A stretch of DNA of 64,000 nucleotides, from positions 143,451 through 207,450 of the forward strand of contig JAQUNI010000001.1 in assembly GCA_028717685.1 (NCBI GenBank), written 5' to 3'. Source of the stretch: Patescibacteria group bacterium. GTDB lineage: Bacteria; Patescibacteriota; JAQUNI01. How positions within the stretch are numbered: position 1 is the first letter of the stretch; each line of letters begins with the position of its first letter. The translations under genes were made by a program, and so were the position numbers. A model generated the notes under the pieces. The model saw nothing but the letters and a program-made list of their open reading frames with translations. It did no database searches and was not told the origin of the DNA. This document shows positions 50,394 to 60,149 of the stretch, in pieces.

Positions 50394-50499
50394 CTAATTT
50401 TATGTTATCAATTGATCTAGAACGTGTTCTAGAAGATTCACCTTTTAGAACACCTTCTAGCCCCGCATCCTCCGAAAAATGAAGATTCGGGGCTTTTAT

Positions 50500-50946
50500 T
50501 TAGTTTTCATTCTCTTTCACCTTGATGGCGATTTTCTTTGCTTCTGGCTTCTCCACCTTTGGCAAAGTAATCTTCAAGATGCCGTTCTCATAATCCGCCT
50601 CTGCTGTCTCACTCTCCACTGAAGTGGGAAGAGCGACAGCGCGGTAGAAGCTTCCGTAGCGCACCTCTTTACGATAATAATCCTTCTTCTTTTCCTCCTC
50701 TTTACTATCGATTTTGCCTTTAATTATAAGCGTGTCATCCTCTACAGAGATATCTACTTTTTCCGGCTCAATGCCTGGCAGAGCTGTTTCCACGACTACC
50801 TCCTTATCAGTCTGATAAACATCCACAGCAGGAATAAACTCTTTCACTTCTGAAAAACGCGGGCAGCAATCCTCACTCCAAGCATCTTCCATCATATCCC
50901 GCATACTGAATAGATCGCGCATCGGTGATAATTTCATGATTGTCAT
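50500..50946 (-). CDS. Hsp20/alpha-crystallin small heat-shock protein
   Basis: PAVDVYQT, LPGI, YGSFYR...LP, A.YENGILKITLPK; AAGGAGG RBS. Confidence 0.93.
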   Translation of the reverse strand: MTIMKLSPMRDLFSMRDMMEDAWSEDCCPRFSEVKEFIPAVDVYQTDKEVVVETALPGIEPEKVDISVEDDTLIIKGKIDSKEEEKKKDYYRKEVRYGSFYRAVALPTSVESETAEADYENGILKITLPKVEKPEAKKIAIKVKENEN

Positions 50947-51020
50947 ATTAATCACCTCCTTTCTTATTGAATTATGAATTAGGAATAAAATAATTTCCAA
51001 TATTCCTAATTCATAATTCC

Positions 51021-51608
51021 CTATTCAACCTTAACCCTCGCTGGCCGAATAACTTTACCATTCAAGTTATACCCTTTTTGCAAAACCCCCACAATCCGGC
51101 ATTCCTTATTCCCTTCTTGCTTTCCTGCTTCATCAGTTTCTTTCTTTTCCACGGCTTCGCAAGTATAGGGATCAAATTTATCCCCTGCCTTGAGCTCAAT
51201 TTCCCGCAAACCTTCAGATTCTAAAATATTTTGGAAATGATTCTTAATATGTTTAATCCCCTCTACCCAGCTTGTTTTTTCCCAACCCTTGGGCGTATGC
51301 TTTAATGCCTCTTCCATGTGATCCAGAATCGACAGTATCTTTAATAATAATTCTTCATTGGCAAACTTGATTAAATCTAAATTCCTTTTTTCCATTCTTT
51401 TCCGATAATTTTCAAAATCCGCTCTTTCCCTCTGCCAACCCGCCAGATTTTCCTCTGCCATTTTTTTGCATTTCTCCAGCTCTTTGTTGGGGTCCTTTGA
51501 TTGTTGTGTTTTATCCTTCAGGTCTGAAGACCCTTCGGGCCGTTCAGGCTCTGAAGAGCCCTCAGGCTCAAAGAGATCTGAACGATCTTTGTGCTTTGAT
51601 TCTTTCAT
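51021..51608 (-). CDS. grpE: Nucleotide exchange factor GrpE
   Basis: RADFENYRKR, FDP..CEAV, QKGY.LNGKVIRPARVKV. Confidence 0.95.
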   Translation of the reverse strand: MKESKHKDRSDLFEPEGSSEPERPEGSSDLKDKTQQSKDPNKELEKCKKMAEENLAGWQRERADFENYRKRMEKRNLDLIKFANEELLLKILSILDHMEEALKHTPKGWEKTSWVEGIKHIKNHFQNILESEGLREIELKAGDKFDPYTCEAVEKKETDEAGKQEGNKECRIVGVLQKGYNLNGKVIRPARVKVE

Positions 51609-51771
51609 TATTAATTTATGAATTGTGAATTGTGAATCCCACCTACGCCCTTCGGGCTTCCACCTTCGCTGAAGCTTCGGCGGACAGGTCGGTGGGCAGG
51701 CATGAATTAGGGATTGAATTTTATAATTTATTATTCCTGATTCCTTATTCCTACTTCCTGATTCCTAACTA

Positions 51772-52551
51772 TTAACTAAATAATTCTAAAATCTGATCTC
51801 CAAATCCCACCATCAACATTCCGCTTATGGTCGCGCCGCCCAAAAATTTAGTAACATAGTCTAAAATAGAAATATTGCGCGCGTAATGCATTCTTTTCGG
51901 ACCAATCAGAGCGATAATCCCTTTTTCACCCGAGGGCAGCTCAAAATGAGACACCATTAAAGCACATTCTTGAGCCTCGCAAAAAGGATTTTCCCCTCCG
52001 ATATATACCTCCAAATCTTGATCCTCGGATCTCGCTAAAACTTTAATATTCTCGTCTAAAAGATCAACCATTTGCGCCATTTCAGAAACTGATTCGGGGC
52101 GCGCGAATTCCGGCTCATTTAAAAGGCGTGAAAGTCCCGAATCAAAAACTAAATCTTCGCCCAGAATGCTTGTGAGAGCGACATTCCCCGTGAGTTTGGC
52201 TAAAAGCTTTGTCAAGTGGTGAAAGAGTTTCGCGTTTGCCGCCCTGGTCTTTAATAGTTCTAGAGCCAATTTCTTCTGCTCTTTACGGGACAAATTTCTA
52301 TCCTGCATTAAATAGTCAATAAAATAGCGATAACCCTTGTCGGTCGGAATGCGTCCCGCGGATGTGTGCGGCTGGAGAATCAAGCCCTTTTTTTCTAGTG
52401 CAACCATTTCATTGCGCATCGTCGCGGTTGAAATATCAAAATGAAATTTTTTGACAATCCTTTCTGAAGAAACAGGCAAAGCGGTCTCCACGTATTCGCG
52501 AATAATCGCTTTTAAGATTTTATTTTGTCTGTCTGAAATTTTAATCTTCAT
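51772..52551 (-). CDS. hrcA: Heat-inducible repressor HrcA (short form)
   Basis: RQ.KIL.AII..Y, STATMRNEM, QPHTSAGRIPTDKGYR, IGPKRM.Y. Confidence 0.95.
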   Translation of the reverse strand: MKIKISDRQNKILKAIIREYVETALPVSSERIVKKFHFDISTATMRNEMVALEKKGLILQPHTSAGRIPTDKGYRYFIDYLMQDRNLSRKEQKKLALELLKTRAANAKLFHHLTKLLAKLTGNVALTSILGEDLVFDSGLSRLLNEPEFARPESVSEMAQMVDLLDENIKVLARSEDQDLEVYIGGENPFCEAQECALMVSHFELPSGEKGIIALIGPKRMHYARNISILDYVTKFLGGATISGMLMVGFGDQILELFS

Positions 52552-52609
52552 AGGATAATATTCTTATTATTTATTTTCCTTTTCTTTAGTTCAAGACTTA
52601 TCCACAGGA

Positions 52610-52681
52610 TTAGCACTCACACTTCCTAACTGCTAATTCCATTATATACCCCTATTAGCACTTGTCAAGTAGGAGTGCTAA
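52610..52681 (-). promoter_or_regulatory. Two tandem CIRCE operators overlapping a sigma70 promoter
   Basis: TTAGCACTC-N9-AACTGCTAA (52610-52636) and TTAGCACTT-N9-GAGTGCTAA (52655-52681); minus strand TTGACA (52668-52663) and TATAAT (52646-52641). Confidence 0.92.
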
Positions 52682-52782
52682 TGTAGTTTCAAAAGTTAAA
52701 AAAACAAAAGGCAAAAATGGGAAAAATTCTATTAAAAAATCCCATTGGAATAACCAGTGGGTTTGGTTTTTATCTATATCTA

Positions 52783-53763
52783 TTATTTCAAAAGCGCATT
52801 TAATTCGTCGTCAGTGAGTTGTGTCGGCGGCACATTCTGGGGATTGACGCCACCATTTTGCAAGGTGGTCGCGGCCGTATCATAAAACCACTCGGGGACA
52901 CCAGCTAAAAATCCGGGTTTTTGCCATTCCTCTTCGCTGAAGTCTAAGGTGATGCCTTTCTTGGCTGCCTCTGCTTTACGAATTTTTTCGATTAACCCCC
53001 GAAGATCAAAAGTCTTCGCTTGATTGGTAATAATATTGACATGGTCCGAAGACAAGCGCACGATCACGAGATCAACGTGGACATATGCGCGCAAGAATCC
53101 AGGCAAACTCGTGTTATCCGTGTGCACCAAAATCACGCGCACCTTATATTTGCCGCGGCTGCAGACCCACTCACGCGTGGTTTTTTCTTTCTTTAATATC
53201 TTCCATTCTTCAGGCATTAGTTTTGTGCGCTTTTCCTCCTCGCGGTAATAGGCCTCAAAAATTTGTAAAACAATCCGCGCGGCGGCTTTTAAATCCTCTT
53301 GATAGCACTTATTTAAATTCATAATGATCCCTGAAAGACCAAAGGCGCGATCTAAAGGGTCTTCGGAAAGTGTACCCTTGCCCTCTAAATCATCGCGCTT
53401 AGCATAAGCTAAAATTTTCTTGAGAGCTGGATCATCCTGCACGCCCAGGTAAGAAGCCACGATTTCGCTCACACATTGCACCACCTTTTCCCCTTTGCGC
53501 TCCCTGTGATGATCAAAAATTCCTTCCCCGACGTCAATTAAAATATAGCCCTCTTTTCCCAGATCTTCTGCTTTTTTATCTTCCGGAAGATTAGTCCAAA
53601 ATTCCACTTGCGCCTCTTTGACTCCTGGGAATTTCTCCTCCCCAAATCTTTTTAATAAAAACAAAGCCAGCAGGGTATCCGGCTGGAGTTTAGGATAGAG
53701 GATAATTGTATGATATTTTTTATTCATATCTGATCCAATGTTATTGTGAAGAAAAGTAAACAT
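52783..53763 (-). CDS. Hypothetical protein, DHH/MYG1-like
   Basis: IDVGEGIFDHH motif; N-terminal PD..LALFLL. Confidence 0.6.
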   Translation of the reverse strand: MFTFLHNNIGSDMNKKYHTIILYPKLQPDTLLALFLLKRFGEEKFPGVKEAQVEFWTNLPEDKKAEDLGKEGYILIDVGEGIFDHHRERKGEKVVQCVSEIVASYLGVQDDPALKKILAYAKRDDLEGKGTLSEDPLDRAFGLSGIIMNLNKCYQEDLKAAARIVLQIFEAYYREEEKRTKLMPEEWKILKKEKTTREWVCSRGKYKVRVILVHTDNTSLPGFLRAYVHVDLVIVRLSSDHVNIITNQAKTFDLRGLIEKIRKAEAAKKGITLDFSEEEWQKPGFLAGVPEWFYDTAATTLQNGGVNPQNVPPTQLTDDELNALLK

Positions 53764-53818
53764 TTCTCTTTACGCTCCTTCATAATCACATTGTACCACA
53801 TTTAGGAAAAAATGTTTT

Positions 53819-53880
53819 GGGGTCTGACATAAATGGTTACAATTACAGATAATTCTCATCAATTATGTATGTCAGACCCC
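53819..53880. repeat. 62-bp element with 13-bp terminal inverted repeats
   Basis: GGGGTCTGACATA...TATGTCAGACCCC. Confidence 0.7.
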
Positions 53881-53886
53881 GGGAAG

Positions 53887-54744
53887 CTAAATTAGTTCCA
53901 CTCCTTTCACTTCCCATCCTTCCTTGCCATCTTCTATGATCTCCTTAAAGATAAAGGAGTCAGTCGACTTGGTGGTACGAAATCCACCATTTGGAGGCAG
54001 AGAAGAATAATGTATTTTACAGCACCATAACTCTCCGCCTTGACGCACTACTGCGCAGCCGACACCTTTACTTTCAGTGAAATAGTCAACTATTCCAAAA
54101 CCATCGTTGGTTAACTTTTCACTATAGTTATAGTGGGGAATGTGACGATCGTCATTTACGCTACCCTTGTGGTCAACCACTTCGTCCCACGTAAGGTGAG
54201 TATATTCAGGAGCCTCATCAAGAACCTGATATTTGAACCTGTCAATTATAACTTGATCAAGACCAACCCAAGGCGCAAAGTAAGGGTTAACTATTGCCGG
54301 TTTTCCATTTTGTTTTACGACCTCCCCACTATAGAGAAGTTGATAACGGAGATAAATACGATAGTCCTGGGACGCAAGGGATACTTGAAAAAATTGGAAT
54401 CCTCCCTTGCCAAGTTTTGCAACCACATATATCTGATTCTTGGGCCACTTGGTAAAGCCTTTGGGAGGCTTACCAATAGTAGACACTGGAAAACGATATG
54501 TGATAGAGTTACCTTCCTGTAATCCTTGGAGAAGTCCAAATGTTGGCGCTTCCTCCTCTTCATCCCTATGTGCGCAGAAGCTTTCCAGGTGATATTTATG
54601 TGGCACTCTGATAACCAGGTCAAGTTTTGTATTAGGCGGTAAAGTACCTATAAGACCTTGCCTGCCAATACTCATATCTTGACCATTTCTCTCTACCGCG
54701 ATCTCCGCATCAGCAACACCGATTCTGAAATTCAACATATTCAT
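53887..54744 (-). CDS. Hypothetical protein with C-terminal cold-shock-domain-like segment
   Basis: GIVDYFTESKGVG...IHYSSL...GFRT; AGGAGG RBS; own TTGACT-N17-TATAAT promoter (54840-54868). Confidence 0.65.
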   Translation of the reverse strand: MNMLNFRIGVADAEIAVERNGQDMSIGRQGLIGTLPPNTKLDLVIRVPHKYHLESFCAHRDEEEEAPTFGLLQGLQEGNSITYRFPVSTIGKPPKGFTKWPKNQIYVVAKLGKGGFQFFQVSLASQDYRIYLRYQLLYSGEVVKQNGKPAIVNPYFAPWVGLDQVIIDRFKYQVLDEAPEYTHLTWDEVVDHKGSVNDDRHIPHYNYSEKLTNDGFGIVDYFTESKGVGCAVVRQGGELWCCKIHYSSLPPNGGFRTTKSTDSFIFKEIIEDGKEGWEVKGVELI

Positions 54745-55037
54745 TAGAAACCTCCTATGCGAAACTTATAGTTGACACCCAACTAGACACGACTGAGAAT
54801 AATAAACAAAAAAAGAACCATCTAAATCTATGAAACTGGATTATATCATATCTGTCGTAAAAAGTCAATAGTTTTAGCATCCCCAATACGTTATTTTTGC
54901 TGAAATAAGCCAAAAATGGCTATTTTTAACCCTGAATTCCGCCCTCTTCCTGACAAGTGGGGTTATTTGTATAGACGCAAAATTTCGTGCCCCCTCCTCA
55001 AGAAAAAAGAGACCGCTTTTAAAAGGTCTCTTATAGA

Positions 55038-55577
55038 TTAGACATAGCCACAACTTCTGGCATACCCTACCAGCAGATCTCGCAGGAGTTGACGTCCTCT
55101 GTGCAATCTGGACATCACTGTGCCTACGGGACATTTAAGAATCTCTGCAGTCTCTTTATATGTATGTCCATATAGAGAAAGGATAATCGCTTCACGACAA
55201 TATTCCGGAAGCGCTTTGATGACTGATGAAACTTCATCATAAAACATATCATACAAAACTTCATCTTCCGGCGTCTTTTCATTAATCAGCTCACCCTCTC
55301 TTTCCGCTTTGTCTATATCCACCTTTTCGGGTTCTCTTCCTTGTTCACGATAACTATTGATAAATAAATTCTGCAAAATTTTTGACAGCCACGCCTTCAT
55401 ATTCGTCCCTTTCTTAAATTTATCAAAGAACTGCCAAGCCCTAAGAAGGGTCTCCTGCGTCAAATCCTCGGCGTCCATCTCGTTTCTCGCCATTCGCAGA
55501 GCATTCTGATAGATATAATTCATCCAAGGCAGGATGAGCTCTGCAGACTTATCTGGCGTTAAAGTGTTATCAGCCAT
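55038..55577 (-). CDS. ECF sigma factor (SigH/SigR-like)
   Basis: DAEDLTQET, GTNMKAWL..IL.N.FIN, YKETAEIL..PVGTVMSRLHRGR. Confidence 0.92.
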   Translation of the reverse strand: MADNTLTPDKSAELILPWMNYIYQNALRMARNEMDAEDLTQETLLRAWQFFDKFKKGTNMKAWLSKILQNLFINSYREQGREPEKVDIDKAEREGELINEKTPEDEVLYDMFYDEVSSVIKALPEYCREAIILSLYGHTYKETAEILKCPVGTVMSRLHRGRQLLRDLLVGYARSCGYV

Positions 55578-55678
55578 CTTTTCCCCTCCCTTACTCCAGA
55601 AAAATTAATAGCTTCAGTATGTTCTGATGGTCATATATTTTCGCTCACTTCCGGAGCAACTAAGAATACCAAGCTCTT

Positions 55679-55954
55679 TTAAAAAATCCATTTCCTCAAG
55701 AAATAGATCACTGGCGAATAAAGCACTAGCGCGACCATAAGCACAATAAAGGTTTGATAGAGGCGATGATGCGCCGCTCTATCCGAATAAAGGCGCAAGG
55801 TGTTGCGAATAGTATGCTTTATCCACCAACTGCCCACATATAAAGAGAGAATCAACCCAGCGTATTTTACGCTGGATAGGATTAACCGCGCGCATATTGC
55901 CGGCAGTTCATTGAAAAAAAGAACGAATGAGAATAGAAATATTTTCTTTTTCAA
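55679..55954 (-). CDS. Small membrane protein
   Basis: AAGGAGG RBS, TTG start, 2-3 hydrophobic segments. Confidence 0.5.
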   Translation of the reverse strand: MKKKIFLFSFVLFFNELPAICARLILSSVKYAGLILSLYVGSWWIKHTIRNTLRLYSDRAAHHRLYQTFIVLMVALVLYSPVIYFLRKWIF

Positions 55955-56007
55955 AACAAAAGACCCTCCTTAATATTAGAATCTGAAATCTGGAATTTAT
56001 AATCTCG

Positions 56008-56079
56008 TACCGCCACGGGGATTTGAACCCCGGTTACTGGGCTGAGAACCCAGTGTCCTAACCACTAGACGATAGCGGC
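56008..56079 (-). tRNA. tRNA-Glu(CUC), CCA not encoded
   Basis: GCCGCTATCGTCTAGTGGTTAGGACACTGGG-TTCTCAG-CCCAGTAACCGGGGTTCAAATCCCCGTGGCGGTA. Confidence 0.95.
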
Positions 56080-56152
56080 AAAAATAGAAATCATTATAAA
56101 TTAAGATAATTTTATCAAATTCAGTTTGAGCACATTTACAAATTTTGTTCTC

Positions 56153-56337
56153 AAATTTTCAATTCTCAATTTTTAATTTTCATTAAATTTTTAATGAATA
56201 AATTTTCAAACCCCGTTAGAAATGATAAATTTCTAAACAGGGCAAACAGTTTAAAAATTAAGTAATTGGAAATTTAATAGAAATTGTCTCGCTATGCGAG
56301 ATCTGGCGAAGCCAGAAAAATTAGAAATTAAAAATTA
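56153..56337. repeat. Family A element, copy A6, with two nested palindromes
   Basis: CCCCGTTAGAAAT..TTTCTAAACAGGG in the loop; TGTCTCGCTATGCGAGATCTGGCGAAGCCAGA inside one arm. Confidence 0.85.
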
Positions 56338-57621
56338 TTTTCTAGACCATTCTTCGTTCTGCCTCACGAGCAGTTCCCGCGCGCGCAAGGGTTCAAACAT
56401 TATGTCTTTAACAATCTTTTCCATCCGCATTGCCTGCGAACCCTTTACGAGAATAATATCATTAGGTTTTAAAATATTCTCAATATCCTCCAAAACCTCG
56501 TCAGTGTAATTATATTCAACGATTCTCTCTTCCGTCATTCCAGCCCGCCGCGCTTCATCCGAAGCAAAATTCGCTCGGTCGCCGACCGTGATTAAAAGGT
56601 CAGCCATTGAACGGGCAACCCGCCCCACCTCTCTGTGACCTCTTTCTGTTTCTGTCCCCAGCTCCAGCATATCGCCCAAAATTGCCACTCTTCTCCTTCC
56701 GGCGGGCGCAACTTCCGCTAACGCGCGCAAAGCGGCGATCATAGAGACAGGCGCGGCATTATAAGTATCGTCAATAATTAAACTATTTTTGATCCCGGGG
56801 AGCATGCGCATTCTGCCTGCTGGCGCTTGAAAATGTTTCAGGCTTTCCGAAATCTTAATCAAATTCATTTTAAAATAAATCCCAACGGCGGCGGCGGCGA
56901 GCGCGGCATAAATCTGATGCCGACCCAAAACTTTTGGCAAATGCACCGGCACACTATTGCCTTTGTAGTTTAATTTGAAGCCTAACCCCCCTTGATTGGA
57001 GATGACACGAATATCTGAAGCCACTATTTCTTCTCGCAAAGGACTTTCCTCATCCTTTAACAGGCCATATTTTAGAATCGGCGACCGACCCTTCATTTCC
57101 GCCACGCGGGGATCATCTCGGTTCAAAACAACAAGACCATCAGCCGCGACTCCCTTGACTAACTTTTCCTTCTCGTCCCGAATCGCTTCTTGCGACGCGA
57201 AAAATTCCAGATGTGAAGGACCAACGGCAGTAACTACGGCGACGTCAGGCCGCGCGATATTCACCAAATAACCAATATCTCCAGGTCGATCCGCGGCCAT
57301 TTCTAAAACTAAAATTTCCGGATATTTTTTGGTCTTGATTAAAACGAGCCGCAAAGCCTGCCCCAAAACATTAAGCCAAGCGCCGATGTTCCTCGCGGGC
57401 GCTTTCACGCCGATAATGGCGAATGGCACTCCCAATTCATTATTATAATTCTCCGCGCTTTTGCGTACCCGTCCAGGAAAGGCGGCGGCAAGGACTGTAT
57501 AGATAGCGTCTTTGGTGGATGTTTTTCCCACGCTGCCAGTCACCGCCACGATCTTGGGGCGGTGTTTTTTCAAGATTTTCCGAGCAGATAAAGCGAGAAT
57601 TTTTTGAAGGAAAGTTTTCAT
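56335..57621 (-). CDS. murF: UDP-MurNAc-tripeptide--D-Ala-D-Ala ligase
   Basis: VTGSVGKTSTK, NYNNELGVP, DDTYNA.P.SM, LGDMLELG, VKGSQ. Confidence 0.93.
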   Translation of the reverse strand: MKTFLQKILALSARKILKKHRPKIVAVTGSVGKTSTKDAIYTVLAAAFPGRVRKSAENYNNELGVPFAIIGVKAPARNIGAWLNVLGQALRLVLIKTKKYPEILVLEMAADRPGDIGYLVNIARPDVAVVTAVGPSHLEFFASQEAIRDEKEKLVKGVAADGLVVLNRDDPRVAEMKGRSPILKYGLLKDEESPLREEIVASDIRVISNQGGLGFKLNYKGNSVPVHLPKVLGRHQIYAALAAAAVGIYFKMNLIKISESLKHFQAPAGRMRMLPGIKNSLIIDDTYNAAPVSMIAALRALAEVAPAGRRRVAILGDMLELGTETERGHREVGRVARSMADLLITVGDRANFASDEARRAGMTEERIVEYNYTDEVLEDIENILKPNDIILVKGSQAMRMEKIVKDIMFEPLRARELLVRQNEEWSRK

Positions 57622-57627
57622 AACTCT

Positions 57628-57777
57628 AAATTTTTATTTCTTAATTTTTAATTTTTAATTTTTAACTAATATTTATTTGCTTATTGATTTATTGCATTGC
57701 CAGGGTCAAATAATTCAATAAGACATTAAAACAATAAAAATCAGCTAAAAATTAAGAAATAAAAATCAAAAATTAAG
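57628..57777. repeat. Family D element (TTTTTAA arms)
   Basis: AAATTTTTATTTCTTAATTTTTAATTTTTAA... shared with 30770-30870. Confidence 0.7.
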
Positions 57778-57782
57778 CATTC

Positions 57783-59543
57783 CTACTCCGAAGGAGGAAT
57801 TTGATAGTAGTTTACCAAAAACTGCGCCAGCTCTTTGAAAACCGGCGCCGCGGTATTCACGCCGTCCGCCCGAAAATTCGGTCCCGATTTTGGATTATCA
57901 AATTTCACTAAAATTAAAAATTTAGGATCTTCAATCGGACCATAACCGATAAAAGAAGTAATCACTTTTTCAGAATCATAACCCCTTTCACTTTTCAACG
58001 GCACCTGCGCTGTTCCCGTTTTGCCTGCCAAATAATATCCAGGCACTCTTCCGGTCTTAGCATAACCGTTATCCACGGAACTGACAAGCATTGCTGAAAT
58101 AGTGGCGGCGGTCCCTGGTTTTAACGCTTGCCGCACAATTTTAGCGGGAATCTTTTCCCGCGTTTCGGTGCCATCAGGATTATGATGAATAATCTCTTTA
58201 ACAATATGAGGGGTAACCAAATTCCCGTTCCCCGCCATTGCCGCTGTCGCGTTGGCAAGTTCAATAGGCGTAACGGCAATCCCTTGGCCATAGCCGATTG
58301 TTGCCAAATTAGATTCCCGCCAAAGCTGGGGGTTGCTTAGTTCTGTGTTCGCCTCGCTGTCCAAATCAATGCCGCTCAATTCATTAAAGCCAAGTTTAAG
58401 AAGACCATTATACAGCCTCTCCGCTCCTAAATGTTCGTTCACAAACACCATCCCCGTGTTAATGGATTTCTCCAAAACATTAGTCATTGTTTGAACGCCG
58501 TAACTTTTATTGTCATAGTTATGAATGGTGTAGCCGCCTATATTGGCCGCGCCCGTATCAGTATAGGTTGTGTCCGGAGCGACAACGCCTTCATCCAGCG
58601 CGACGGCCATACAAATTGGTTTAAAGGCCGAGCCTGGCTCATAATGTTCAAAAATTGCCGCGTTGTTAAAAACATTGATGTCTTTAACCTCCGCGTATTT
58701 ATTATTATCGTATGTCGGATAATTAGTCATTGCCAAGATCTCCCCGTCTTGAGGATTCATCACGATAATAGAAGCGGAATCCGCGCCCCATTTCTCTGTC
58801 GCACTTTTTAACTCGGCTTCCGCCTTATACTGGATGGCGCGATCCAAAGTGAGAATTAAATCATCACCATTTACCGCGGGTTTAATTTCCTTTTTCCCAA
58901 TAGAAATCCACCGCCCAGCCACATCCCTCTCGGCTTCTAAATGACCAGATTTTCCCGCTAACCTCTGCTCATAATAGCCTTCTACGCCATAACGGCCTTT
59001 TTTTTGGTCGCCATCATACCCGACGAATCCCAAAATATGAGCCGCGAGTCCACCTTCTGGATAGATGCGCCAAGACTCTCTGGTGAAGCCAATGCCCTTT
59101 AAATCTAACTTCTTGATCTCTTCTACCTTTTCATCTGTAACTTTATTTTTTAAAGGTTCATATAAATCGTCTTCTTTAGAGACACGCTCCAGAATAACCT
59201 TTTCATCCATTTCTAAAATAGGAGCGAGCTTTTTGGCAAAATCATCAGGATTTTTGATTTGTTTAGGAATAGTGTAAACCAAATTTAATTTTTGATTGGA
59301 AGCAAGAGGATAGAGGGCGTCTGAATATTTGTCTTGAACAAAAATCTGGCCCCGTTCCGGAGTAAGACTGGCCACGACTTGATGTTGATCTTGCGCTAAA
59401 GCCGCGTAAAAGCTGTGATTTACCACTTGCACCACAAAAAGACGGAAGATGATTAAACCCGTAATTAAAAAAACGACCGCAAGCAGAATATCTATGCGAA
59501 TGTCATGTCTTTTGTGATGCTTTTTGTTTCTATGCTTATACAA
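57783..59543 (-). CDS. ftsI: Class B penicillin-binding protein (FtsI/PBP3-like)
   Basis: EPGSAFK (SxxK), SIN, KTGTAQ; follows mraZ-rsmH-ftsL. Confidence 0.9.
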   Translation of the reverse strand: MYKHRNKKHHKRHDIRIDILLAVVFLITGLIIFRLFVVQVVNHSFYAALAQDQHQVVASLTPERGQIFVQDKYSDALYPLASNQKLNLVYTIPKQIKNPDDFAKKLAPILEMDEKVILERVSKEDDLYEPLKNKVTDEKVEEIKKLDLKGIGFTRESWRIYPEGGLAAHILGFVGYDGDQKKGRYGVEGYYEQRLAGKSGHLEAERDVAGRWISIGKKEIKPAVNGDDLILTLDRAIQYKAEAELKSATEKWGADSASIIVMNPQDGEILAMTNYPTYDNNKYAEVKDINVFNNAAIFEHYEPGSAFKPICMAVALDEGVVAPDTTYTDTGAANIGGYTIHNYDNKSYGVQTMTNVLEKSINTGMVFVNEHLGAERLYNGLLKLGFNELSGIDLDSEANTELSNPQLWRESNLATIGYGQGIAVTPIELANATAAMAGNGNLVTPHIVKEIIHHNPDGTETREKIPAKIVRQALKPGTAATISAMLVSSVDNGYAKTGRVPGYYLAGKTGTAQVPLKSERGYDSEKVITSFIGYGPIEDPKFLILVKFDNPKSGPNFRADGVNTAAPVFKELAQFLVNYYQIPPSE

Positions 59544-59546
59544 GAT

Positions 59547-59745
59547 AAAATCAAAATTTAAAAATCAAAATGTAAAATGATCATCGCTTCGCGAGATCTC
59601 GCGAAGCGAGACAATGTAAAATTTTAAAAATTCTTTTCATTTTAACATTTTAAACTGCCTGCCCGCTCACAAGCTTCGCGGGAGTGCGAGGCGGGCGGGT
59701 CATTTTGATTTTTGCCTGCCTGGCGGCAGACAGGATTTTTGCATT
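59547..59745. repeat. Family B element with three nested palindromes
   Basis: CGCTTCGCGAGATCTCGCGAAGCG, CTGCCTGCCCGCTCAC..GGGCGGG, GCCTGCCTGGCGGCAGACAGG. Confidence 0.8.
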
Positions 59746-60114
59746 TTAATTTTTTATTAAAGCTACAACCGTGCCTTCGGAAGAGATATAAACAACCTTC
59801 TGAAGCGGCACCATATTTAATTTTTTAACCCCCTCTTCCACATTCCGCACGGATTGCAACTCTGCCGCGCGTAATTCTAATTCACGATTCTCTTCTTTCA
59901 AATTATCAAGTCTATCTTCTAAATCTTTAATCTCATAGCCCTTCGTAGCTATTTGATTGGCTTGAGTGAGATAGAAAAGACTGATTAGACACAAAAGAAT
60001 AATCGTCACAAAACACAAAGTAACCGGCCCAATTTTGATCTTCCCCCTAATTGCTTTTTTTCTTTTTCCTCTTTGAATATCACCGCTCTTGGAAAGTGTA
60101 AGAAAACGCGCCAT
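59746..60114 (-). CDS. ftsL: Cell division protein FtsL-like
   Basis: Single TM plus coiled coil, between rsmH and ftsI. Confidence 0.75.
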   Translation of the reverse strand: MARFLTLSKSGDIQRGKRKKAIRGKIKIGPVTLCFVTIILLCLISLFYLTQANQIATKGYEIKDLEDRLDNLKEENRELELRAAELQSVRNVEEGVKKLNMVPLQKVVYISSEGTVVALIKN

Positions 60115-60149
60115 TTTTCAAATCTTGACTAATCCCCCTTTTTCTTTGA

